Assembly (NCBI GenBank): GCA_021107835.1
Contig: JAIOSD010000020.1
Span: forward strand, 1-40,792
Length of the DNA: 40,792 bases
DNA from: an archaeon
GTDB lineage: Archaea; Nanobdellota; Nanobdellia; SCGC-AAA011-G17; PNOQ01
Reading direction: 5' to 3'
How positions within the stretch are numbered: position 1 is the stretch's first letter; each line of letters starts with the position of its first letter. Of this stretch, positions 19,804-27,895 are shown piece after piece. A program made the position numbers and the translations under genes. Below the pieces are notes generated by a model that was not told the origin of the DNA, did not search any database, and was given only the letters and a program-made list of their open reading frames with translations.

Positions 19804-20647
19804 AAATAATATAGAAAAGATTACAACAGAACTAAAAAGCAAAAAAATGATTGCCTTAGTTGCCCCAAGTTTTGTTGCAGAATTTCAATATCCAAAAATT
19901 CTTATTCAATTAAAAAAATTAGGCTTCGATAAAGTAACAGAATTAACCTTTGGAGCCAAATTAGTAAATAGAGAATATCATTCCCAATTAGCAAAATCAA
20001 AAAGATTACTCATTGCTTCTCCTTGTCCAGGAATTGTTGAATTAATTAAAAAAAGATATCCAAAATATAAGAAAAACTTAGCTTTAATAGATAGTCCTAT
20101 GATAGCTATAGCAAAAGTTTGTAAGAAATATCATCCTAAACACAAAACAGTATTTATATCTCCCTGCGATTATAAAAAAATAGAAGTTTCTCGCACAAAA
20201 TATGTTGATTATGTTATAGACTATGAGCAGCTTCATGACTTAATTAAAAAAAATAAATTAAGTAAAGTAAACATCCCCAAGAAGAAACCCTTATTTAATA
20301 AATTCTATAACGATTACACAAAAATCTATCCTTTAGCTGGGGGACTAGCCAAAACCGCACATCTAAAAGATGTAATAAAAAAGAATGAGGTAAAATCAAT
20401 CGATGGTGTAAAAAAAGTTATGAAATTTTTAGATAATCCAGATCCAAAAGTAAGATTCTTAGATGTTTTATTTTGCGATGGTGGATGCATTGGCGGTCCT
20501 CGCACTTCAAAAAAACTAACAATAGCTCAAAAAAGAAAAAAAGTAATTAATTACATGAAAAAGTCTCAAGGGAAAAATATCCCAGAAGACAGAAAAGGGA
20601 TTTATGATAAAGCAAAAGGGTTGAAATTTACAAGAAAATCGTTTTGA
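19793..20647 (+). CDS. Minimal [FeFe]-hydrogenase-like protein (H-cluster domain only, 284 aa)
   Basis: VAPSF, ELTFGA, P1-like ASPCPG, SPM, P2 SPCDYKKIE, P3 DVLFCDGGCIGGP; no accessory FeS domain; overlaps korB by 11 bp. Confidence 0.88.
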   Translation: MADKNNIEKITTELKSKKMIALVAPSFVAEFQYPKILIQLKKLGFDKVTELTFGAKLVNREYHSQLAKSKRLLIASPCPGIVELIKKRYPKYKKNLALIDSPMIAIAKVCKKYHPKHKTVFISPCDYKKIEVSRTKYVDYVIDYEQLHDLIKKNKLSKVNIPKKKPLFNKFYNDYTKIYPLAGGLAKTAHLKDVIKKNEVKSIDGVKKVMKFLDNPDPKVRFLDVLFCDGGCIGGPRTSKKLTIAQKRKKVINYMKKSQGKNIPEDRKGIYDKAKGLKFTRKSF

Positions 20648-20713
20648 GAAATACTTTTTATATAACTTACAAATGTAATAAATATACTATCCGAATAAGC
20701 CCTGCTAATACAA

Positions 20714-21397
20714 TTAAGCCTGTTTGAAATGCTTAATAGCAAAAACTCTCAAGAATTTATCTACTTCTAAAAATAAAGGCAAAGATCTTTGTTCATCAAT
20801 TCTTCCCTTTTCTAAGTCATAAAGAGGTCTCATGTTTTTTCCACTAACTAAGCCATCTGGTTTAAAATGCCCTATAACTTCTTTAACCCTTTTTAAGAAT
20901 TCCTCAGCGCCAATCTTTGTTGGACCCTCTATTCTTTTTTCCAAATAAACTGGTTCTCCTCCAAGTGTCTTTTTTACAATCTTTTTTACATTAGAATGTT
21001 GATATAAATCTCGTATATTATTTTTTATCTCTCTAAACCACCCAGCTTCATCTGGATCTATATATTTTTTATCAGAACAAAATATTATGACATTACCCAA
21101 TGTAGCGGATTTTTCTCCAATTTCTCCAATTTCATGAGCTTCTTTCTTTTCTTTATCATATATCAAATCTTTCAGCAATGCTTCACATAAAATCCCACAC
21201 ATAACTATTGTAGCATTATGAAAACCTAAAGCACAGAGATAATATGTCTCAAAATAAAGTTTTCTTATTCCTACCTCTACATGTGGCAATTCTTCATTTG
21301 GAAGTTGTTTTATTCTTTCTATAAACTTCTTTTCTGACTCTTGAACAAATCCTTTGTATGCCTTTTCTGGTCCATTATGTATAGGTAGTTTAATCAT
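20714..21397 (-). CDS. DUF4145/HEPN-like helical protein
   Basis: E...C...G.HNATIVMCGILCEALLK, TLGNVI and RxxxxH motif RDLYQH (20996-21013). Start set to ATG 21397 after an AAGGG SD. Confidence 0.65.
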   Translation of the reverse strand: MIKLPIHNGPEKAYKGFVQESEKKFIERIKQLPNEELPHVEVGIRKLYFETYYLCALGFHNATIVMCGILCEALLKDLIYDKEKKEAHEIGEIGEKSATLGNVIIFCSDKKYIDPDEAGWFREIKNNIRDLYQHSNVKKIVKKTLGGEPVYLEKRIEGPTKIGAEEFLKRVKEVIGHFKPDGLVSGKNMRPLYDLEKGRIDEQRSLPLFLEVDKFLRVFAIKHFKQA

Positions 21398-21435
21398 TGA
21401 TTTTCCCTTATCCAAACAACCATTTTTTATTTTAA

Positions 21436-21714
21436 TTAATCTAATTTGCAATCATCAATACAACCGTCTAAATCCCAGTAACACTCATCAGGATAAGATT
21501 CTTTAGTCCAATATTCTCCATTAATATTTACACTATAATTCATATACATAGCCATACACTCATACATATCTACAACACACCAATCAACACAATCGGTATA
21601 ATCTTCATCTCTGTTTCCATCAAAGAATCCAAATAACCAAAGAAATACCAATATAGTCAAAATAAAAACTGGCCAATTTTTCTTAGTCATTTTAATGTCT
21701 TTCTTTTTATTCAT
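21436..21714 (-). CDS. Small membrane-anchored protein with six Cys (Cx3Cx6C...Cx6Cx3C)
   Basis: N-terminal TM followed by an acidic domain with mirror-spaced Cys; ATGA overlap with the upstream gene. Confidence 0.7.
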   Translation of the reverse strand: MNKKKDIKMTKKNWPVFILTILVFLWLFGFFDGNRDEDYTDCVDWCVVDMYECMAMYMNYSVNINGEYWTKESYPDECYWDLDGCIDDCKLD

Positions 21715-21953
21715 TTTTTCTTCTCCTTAACACCCATTATTATAAAAATAAGCCAAAGGGCATAAGAGAAATAAATAAATGGTTCATATATCTCTGAATT
21801 TATGACGCAATGAACATCTGATACACTGATGTTTGGGCCTGAACTAAGTATAGTTGAATAAAGGCATGAGCCATTCATTGTATCAATTAAAATGAAGAAA
21901 ATCCCCATGCCCATACAGAGCCATGCTAAGGTAAACCATTGTTTCTTTTTCAT
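21711..21953 (-). CDS. Small 2-TM membrane protein
   Basis: Basic termini, two hydrophobic helices, and a loop with two Cys. Confidence 0.7.
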   Translation of the reverse strand: MKKKQWFTLAWLCMGMGIFFILIDTMNGSCLYSTILSSGPNISVSDVHCVINSEIYEPFIYFSYALWLIFIIMGVKEKKK

Positions 21954-22033
21954 ACTATTTTCATTGTTTATGTGGATTTAAAAGAGTTTTGAAATTTAAT
22001 AAATCTTATAAGTTATTTTGATTTCCTATTTTT

Positions 22034-22627
22034 ATGACTATTGATACTCTACCAAAAAGAAAAAAATTAGCAAAAAAATATTTGACCAAAAAAGAATGTA
22101 TTAGGTCTGCAAATCCCCCCAAAATATCCGAAAATATTTCCTTTCTCCTAAAAGTGTGTAACTTAGTCCATAAACATAGAATAGAATTTAAATTAAAACC
22201 CTCTAAAACAAGGATTACAGTAACACGTGCAAGTCCTGCCGAGCATTTACACAGATATATATTAATAGAGATGTATGGTTACTTTGAATCAATAAAACTA
22301 GCGCTACCACCTGAAATAATAAAAAAAATAAATTTTCCTGATTTTTATGAAGATGGTACTCTTAAGAAAGTTAGACACACGTTTGCCCATCCGGAGATGC
22401 CATATGAAAAAATAATTACCTCTCTTAATAATTTTGATAAAAAATATAGATTTTTTGATGTAATCGCTGAATTTATAAAATTTAGTGAAAAAACTAATTT
22501 TATGTTAACAAATTATAATGCAAAATTAGTGGCTAGTCGACTTAGTGATAAAGATAAAGAATATTTTTTAGAAAAATTCCCCGATAGTTACATGTCAAAA
22601 ATAATAAAAGATATGGGTGTGAATTAA
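22034..22627 (+). CDS. Hypothetical protein, possible HEPN domain
   Basis: 197-aa helical-looking ORF containing LKKVRHTFAHP (RxxxxH at 22373-22390). Confidence 0.55.
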   Translation: MTIDTLPKRKKLAKKYLTKKECIRSANPPKISENISFLLKVCNLVHKHRIEFKLKPSKTRITVTRASPAEHLHRYILIEMYGYFESIKLALPPEIIKKINFPDFYEDGTLKKVRHTFAHPEMPYEKIITSLNNFDKKYRFFDVIAEFIKFSEKTNFMLTNYNAKLVASRLSDKDKEYFLEKFPDSYMSKIIKDMGVN

Positions 22628-22704
22628 ACGCCTTCTAAATTGAATCCACATCCATAAAACATAATATCATAAATTTTAAATAGCTTCGGAGATTCTCTTT
22701 TTTT

Positions 22705-23037
22705 ATGAACAAAATAGGACAAGGTCAAAGTAATGCGGGATTATATTTTATTTTAGCTGTTGCTCTTATTTTTATTGTGTATTTCATTGGTAAGGTATTC
22801 AATGATGTTGGCCCAATAATTGTTTTAATTGGTACAGTATTGATTCTTATTGGAATTTATGTTGCAGGAGAAACCAATAATCCCACATTATTAATTATTG
22901 GGGGGATTATTTTTTTAGCAGGGATTCTAATCTGGGGCATTGGTTCTTCAATTATGGATTTTTTTAATAAAGACCAAGTTGGCCAAACATTAAAACACGG
23001 TGCAGAAACCACTTATAACACTACAACTCCAAATTAA
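22705..23037 (+). CDS. 3-TM membrane protein
   Basis: Three Gly/Ile-rich hydrophobic segments; N-terminus MNKIGQ resembles a class III (pilin-like) signal. Confidence 0.7.
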   Translation: MNKIGQGQSNAGLYFILAVALIFIVYFIGKVFNDVGPIIVLIGTVLILIGIYVAGETNNPTLLIIGGIIFLAGILIWGIGSSIMDFFNKDQVGQTLKHGAETTYNTTTPN

Positions 23038-23165
23038 AGAGATAAATCGTAGAGACAACAAACTTTATATACGAGGAATTATATATAATGTTAAGGGGGT
23101 ATGATAGATTAAATTATATGTTGTACTTTTTTAAATCATAAAATTATTGGTTTTTATAATACTTT

Positions 23166-24044
23166 CTAACAAACAATAACCAAAATAGCACCAGCAACCA
23201 TCACTAAAGCAGCAATAACTCTCTTCTTATAATCATGCTCATGAAAGATACGACCACCAATTACAGTTGCAAAGAACACAGCAGTCCTCTTCATAGATAA
23301 AGCCAAAGCAACAGAAGAAGACGATTTAACAGCACTCAAATGAGCATATCTATAACCAATCGTAACAAAAGCTATCAATAATATCCATTTCCAAGAATTC
23401 CCAAAAGAACCTCGTAAATCCTTAAAACCACCAGCAAAAGCAACCATTAAAAGAAATATCAAACCATAAAACAAATGCTGAAATCCCATAAAAGCATTAA
23501 GACTCAAACCAAACCCTTTCAATAAAGCTTTATCTAAGATAGAAGTAATAGTAAACAAAATCAAAGCAAACACAATATATTTATGTCCTTTTAATCTAAA
23601 AAATCCCTTAAAAGGTTCAGTTAACTTAACATGTTCACCAAGCTGCAATAAATAAGTCCCCAACAATAAAAGTGCCATACCAACCAAAGCCAAAGCACTG
23701 ATAGACTCACCAAGAATAAAGAAAGCAAACAAAGCAACAAGACCAGGAGTTAGAACTAATAAAGGCAAAGCATGACTAAGCTCTAAATTCTTTATACCAA
23801 GCATAACAAAAAGAAAAGCAAAAGCTCCTAATACACTCTTAAACAACAACACCCCAATATTTAACAAAGATAAACCAGAAGCATCAATAAAGAAGAAAAA
23901 AGGTACAGCTATAATCAAATTAAAAAGAGCTAAAGTTGTAGCAAAACTCAAAGCTTTTTCCCGAAACAAAACTTTTTTCTGTAAAACCGCTGCAGTAGCT
24001 GAAAATATTGCAGCAATTATAGATAAATAATACCACTCGATCAT
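23166..24044 (-). CDS. EamA/DMT family transporter
   Basis: About 10 TM helices in two repeats (F.LGE.IS...G..L...G and IFHE...R...A..M..G). Confidence 0.9.
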   Translation of the reverse strand: MIEWYYLSIIAAIFSATAAVLQKKVLFREKALSFATTLALFNLIIAVPFFFFIDASGLSLLNIGVLLFKSVLGAFAFLFVMLGIKNLELSHALPLLVLTPGLVALFAFFILGESISALALVGMALLLLGTYLLQLGEHVKLTEPFKGFFRLKGHKYIVFALILFTITSILDKALLKGFGLSLNAFMGFQHLFYGLIFLLMVAFAGGFKDLRGSFGNSWKWILLIAFVTIGYRYAHLSAVKSSSSVALALSMKRTAVFFATVIGGRIFHEHDYKKRVIAALVMVAGAILVIVC

Positions 24045-24060
24045 TTTTTAATCGTTATAA

Positions 24061-24441
24061 TTAAAACTTTTTAACAATAGTTATTTTTTTCCCACCTTCA
24101 TGTGCTCCAACTCCAAGAGTTTTATTTGCAACAATTATTTTATGTTTAGGAAAAATCTTTTTAAGATTATAAACCCCAGCATCACAAGCAAGAACAATTT
24201 GAACATTTCCATGAAGTTGAGATTTATGCAATAAATCCCTATTACAAGGAGTTCCAATTAAATCAACATCAACAACATTAAACTTATCTTTCTTTAATTT
24301 ACTCGCAAGTTGTTTCATTACTTTTTCTCCACCCGTACCACACAATCTAGCACAAGTATTACAAGAAATAACACCTATTTTATCAGTCTTTTTTAATTGC
24401 TTTTTTATTTCTGTATAAGGAACAGATTTCGTTACAATCAT
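24061..24441 (-). CDS. Stand-alone MetV-like (MTHFR small subunit) N-terminal Cys domain
   Basis: MIVTK..., SCNTCARLCGTGGEK, PC, VLACDAGV and ANKTLG match the N-terminal half of MetV-type proteins; GGGGTGA SD before ATG 24441. Confidence 0.65.
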   Translation of the reverse strand: MIVTKSVPYTEIKKQLKKTDKIGVISCNTCARLCGTGGEKVMKQLASKLKKDKFNVVDVDLIGTPCNRDLLHKSQLHGNVQIVLACDAGVYNLKKIFPKHKIIVANKTLGVGAHEGGKKITIVKKF

Positions 24442-24452
24442 CTTTATCACCC

Positions 24453-24632
24453 CTATTTAACCTTAATTGCTTTAGTTGGACAACTTTTAGCTGCTTTTTC
24501 ATTACAACCCACTTCCGCAGGATTAGAATCTATAGGTTTAGCTACATTCCCAACAAGCTTAAAATTATCACACACATCAACACAAGTACCGCAACCAATA
24601 CATTTCTTTTTATCAACTGAAACTTTAACCAT
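24453..24632 (-). CDS. fdx: Single-cluster ferredoxin
   Basis: CIGCGTCVDVC...SCPTKAI, 59 aa from ATG 24632. Confidence 0.92.
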   Translation of the reverse strand: MVKVSVDKKKCIGCGTCVDVCDNFKLVGNVAKPIDSNPAEVGCNEKAAKSCPTKAIKVK

Positions 24633-24683
24633 ATTTAATTTTTGAACATCTACATTTATATACATTTCCTTTATTAAATAAAC

Positions 24684-25229
24684 ATGAAAAAAATCTTAGC
24701 AACAATATTTCTAACAATTATAATATTCCTCACAGTCTTAAATACAACTTTTCTAATTGAAATTTCAAAAGATAAAGAATTAAGTAATTTCTACTATAAA
24801 AACATAGAACTCTCAAGCAATTACTCACAAAAAGAAATAACACATATGCAAGAAGTAAAAAACTTAGTAAACCTTTCAATTTTTATTAATTTACTAGTAA
24901 TATTAATAACTTTGATTTTATTCAAATATTCAAACTTAAAAACAGTTGGAAAAGTAGTAATTTCAATTTCATTACTATTGTTCATCGGAGCGATATTCTT
25001 TCAGAAATTCTTTCACACCTTCCATTTAATAATCTTCAACTCAAACAATTGGCTTCTTCCAGCAACTTCAACACTAATACAAAATTATCCTTTAACTTAT
25101 TTCAAAGACAAATTTATTTTAATTAACACAATAAACTTAATCATAGGAATTAGCCTAGCTTCTTCAATTTTTCAAGTTCTTCATTCAAAACTCGAATCTC
25201 ATCTAAAGTGTTATACAAATAAAAGCTAG
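24684..25229 (+). CDS. DUF1461 family membrane protein (Lit, lipoprotein intramolecular transacylase-like)
   Basis: 4 TM; E..HMQEVK.L, F..FHLIIF..NNWLL...S.LI..YP..YF signature. 3' end overlaps the convergent sufS by 80 bp. Confidence 0.75.
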   Translation: MKKILATIFLTIIIFLTVLNTTFLIEISKDKELSNFYYKNIELSSNYSQKEITHMQEVKNLVNLSIFINLLVILITLILFKYSNLKTVGKVVISISLLLFIGAIFFQKFFHTFHLIIFNSNNWLLPATSTLIQNYPLTYFKDKFILINTINLIIGISLASSIFQVLHSKLESHLKCYTNKS

Positions 25230-26283
25230 CTCTACAAGAACCCCCGATAGAATTAGCATTATACCAACTATGTACACAGTGTGCCCCACTTCTAATCATA
25301 ATATTTTTAGAAGCATCTAAGATAGAAGCAACCTCATGATAATTAACTCCAGGAATATTAAAATTAAAAATCCCCCCACCAGGAATCCCAACAACTTTCA
25401 AACCTTCAGTATCAATAGCTTTAACTAATTTTATTTCATGATCATGCACTTCATTCAAACCAATTTTACTCAAATATTTTGCAGCCTCACCAAGACCAAT
25501 TATCCCCGCATAGTTTTGTAACCCTGCTTCAAACTTATTGGGTAATTTTTCAATTTCAAAACTATCATAAGTTGAATTAACAACAGTCTCACCACCAATA
25601 ATAAACTGATCCATCTTTTCAAGTAATTCTTCTTTTCCATATAACACCCCCATACCAGATGGACCCAACATTTTATGCCCTGAAAACGAGATAAAATCAG
25701 CATCTAATTTACGAACATTAACTTCTTGATGTGGAATAGTTTGAGCAGCATCTAAATGAACTTTAGCCCCTTCTTCATGTGCAATTTTCACAATTTCTTT
25801 AGCAGGAATAGTATATCCATCTAAGTTAGAAGTAAAAACAAAACTAACAAAATCATAATCCTTAACAATTTCAGAAAATTTCTCAATATTAAACCCATTA
25901 TTTACTTTAAAAATTCCATACTTTTTAGTTTGCCAAGGCAATAAATTAGAATTATGTTCTCTATCTGTCAACAGAACTTTATCAAATTTAAAAGAGTTAG
26001 CTAACAAATTAATCGATTCTGTAGCATTCTTGGTAAATATTATTTCTTTAGATTTCTTAGCACCAATGAATTTTTTTATAACATTCCTAGCATCATCTAC
26101 CTCATCCTCAACTTTATTTCCCAACTTATGAATACTTCTCCCAGCACAAGCAGGATATTCAGTATAATACTCATTAATTTTATCAATAACTTGTTTTGGT
26201 CTTAGCGACATACATGCACTATCAAAATATATTATCCCTTTCTTTAAAATATGAAAATCTTCACGTATCTTCTCAACATTCAT
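25150..26283 (-). CDS. sufS: Cysteine desulfurase, SufS-like (class V PLP aminotransferase)
   Basis: IYFDSAC, NATESIN, EHNSN, DAAQ, SGHKMLGP (PLP Lys), FEAG, RSGAHC (catalytic Cys), RASFYLYN. Confidence 0.93.
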   Translation of the reverse strand: MNVEKIREDFHILKKGIIYFDSACMSLRPKQVIDKINEYYTEYPACAGRSIHKLGNKVEDEVDDARNVIKKFIGAKKSKEIIFTKNATESINLLANSFKFDKVLLTDREHNSNLLPWQTKKYGIFKVNNGFNIEKFSEIVKDYDFVSFVFTSNLDGYTIPAKEIVKIAHEEGAKVHLDAAQTIPHQEVNVRKLDADFISFSGHKMLGPSGMGVLYGKEELLEKMDQFIIGGETVVNSTYDSFEIEKLPNKFEAGLQNYAGIIGLGEAAKYLSKIGLNEVHDHEIKLVKAIDTEGLKVVGIPGGGIFNFNIPGVNYHEVASILDASKNIMIRSGAHCVHSWYNANSIGGSCRASFYLYNTLDEIRVLNEELEKLKKLG

Positions 26284-26335
26284 AACAATCACAAATCCAA
26301 TATAATTAATAAAAGTTTCTATCCTTCACAATCAC

Positions 26336-26755
26336 CTAACTATTACTATAAACTTCACATTCTCCACCTTCACAAAGAGTATCATCACAATCTACTTCTA
26401 TTTCATCAGGAGTAAAAAAACAAGTATCTGGATCAGCATCAGGACCATTACAATTATCATACACAACTAAATTATAAATCGCATCAGCACTAAAAGCTAA
26501 ACTAACAAAAAACAAAATTACAAATATCCAAGAAACAACTTCAAAATATTTATGAACCCCTTTAGCCAACCTAGGTGATTTATTCATAACCTTACCAACT
26601 ATTTTACTCTTAACCCTAATATCTAAACCCGATTGACATTTTCTTAAAGTAACTCTTCTAAAAACACAATCAAAAGCTTCTTTAGCCATTGGTCTATACC
26701 CTGCACTAAAAACCGCCAATACACCAAACACTATCAACGAAAGTAAACATATCAT
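26336..26755 (-). CDS. Conserved-looking Cys-containing membrane protein
   Basis: Two TM segments, EAFDCVFRRVTLRKC, acidic Cys-rich C-terminus. Confidence 0.7.
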   Translation of the reverse strand: MICLLSLIVFGVLAVFSAGYRPMAKEAFDCVFRRVTLRKCQSGLDIRVKSKIVGKVMNKSPRLAKGVHKYFEVVSWIFVILFFVSLAFSADAIYNLVVYDNCNGPDADPDTCFFTPDEIEVDCDDTLCEGGECEVYSNS

Positions 26756-26803
26756 CAATCCAAACAAAATATATTAATTTAAAAAGATTTCTATAAGTTT
26801 AAT

Positions 26804-27778
26804 TTATTTGCTTCGTTTACCATACATGGGTTCTAAATCAACCCTATCAAGAATATTCTTAGCAGTAGTGGCACTACAGATTCCCCGCCCCTCAGAAAGC
26901 CTTGCTAATGACAATCTTTCTCCCCCCTTTCTTACATTATCATACCTATTAAACATTTCAGTAAGATCTTCAAAATCATAAGAACATCGCATAGATTTGG
27001 CAACATATTCAGCAGCCTTTCTAGTAGCAAATCCCTCATCTTCAGAAAGTTGGAGTATTCTTAACTTCAAAAGAGAAACCAATTTTTCCTTATTCCCCCT
27101 ACTTTTTTTCCATATTCCATGCTGTCCACTTTCATGCAGATATTGTTCCACCCTTTGACGAGAAAGGTTTGCCCTATCTCCCATTTCTTGCAAAGTTAAA
27201 CCTTCTTCAATAATATCATCCATAGCATAATTCGTCCCATAAGGAATTAAATCTTCTGGAAGCCCTATTCCTTCTTCTCTACAAAGCTCCATAATCCCAC
27301 TTGGTTTAAGCCGAACCTGATTACAAAGTAGTTCTAAAGAGTTTTCACCCTTAGCTAAGGAATTTCTAAGTATTTCAATTCTTTTTTTCCTTGGATTTCT
27401 TTTTAAACTAATACCTCCAAAACTTGCATAAGATCGAATAGTACTAACAGCCAATCCAGTTCTCTCATTTAAAATATCAACATCATATATTTCCTCCTCT
27501 TCCACTAACTTCAGAATTTTTTCAACATTTCGCTTTCGCGACACATTCCTAAGACTAACCCCCCCTAAAGAGGCATAAGATTGAATTGTTCTAACAGCCA
27601 ATCTCATTCTCTCACTTAAAACATCAATATCACTAATTCCTTCATCTTCAACTAATTCACGAATTCTATCAATATTTCTTTGCATAAGAGGACCAACCCC
27701 CCCCTCTAAAGAATCAGAAACAGAATCCCCCCTAGACAGATCATTTCCACAACCATTTTTATCATCTGAGAACATCAT
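26804..27778 (-). CDS. Multi-HTH DNA-binding protein with 49-aa tandem repeat
   Basis: Two 49-aa repeats, a third degenerate unit, and a sigma-region-4-like TLQEMGDRANLSRQRVEQY. Confidence 0.7.
   Translation of the reverse strand: MMFSDDKNGCGNDLSRGDSVSDSLEGGVGPLMQRNIDRIRELVEDEGISDIDVLSERMRLAVRTIQSYASLGGVSLRNVSRKRNVEKILKLVEEEEIYDVDILNERTGLAVSTIRSYASFGGISLKRNPRKKRIEILRNSLAKGENSLELLCNQVRLKPSGIMELCREEGIGLPEDLIPYGTNYAMDDIIEEGLTLQEMGDRANLSRQRVEQYLHESGQHGIWKKSRGNKEKLVSLLKLRILQLSEDEGFATRKAAEYVAKSMRCSYDFEDLTEMFNRYDNVRKGGERLSLARLSEGRGICSATTAKNILDRVDLEPMYGKRSK
27405..27670 (-). repeat. Intragenic direct repeat, 147-nt period (boundaries approximate)
   Basis: GCATAAGAT.GAAT.GT.CTAACAGCCAATC...TTCTCTCA.TTAAAA.ATCAA occurs at 27426 and at 27573. 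Confidence 0.85.
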
Positions 27779-27895
27779 TTTTATTAATTTTAAGACAAAA
27801 TATTCATTTTATAAATCTTTCAATATGTAACCACTAAATAAAAATAACAATTAAACAAGAAACTATTAAATACACCAACTAACCCACAAATAACA

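Noticed and set aside
25150..25229. 80-bp convergent overlap of DUF1461 and sufS as a possible antisense regulatory device
   Set aside because: Most simply a stop-codon shift in a compact genome; the overlapping tail carries no motif.
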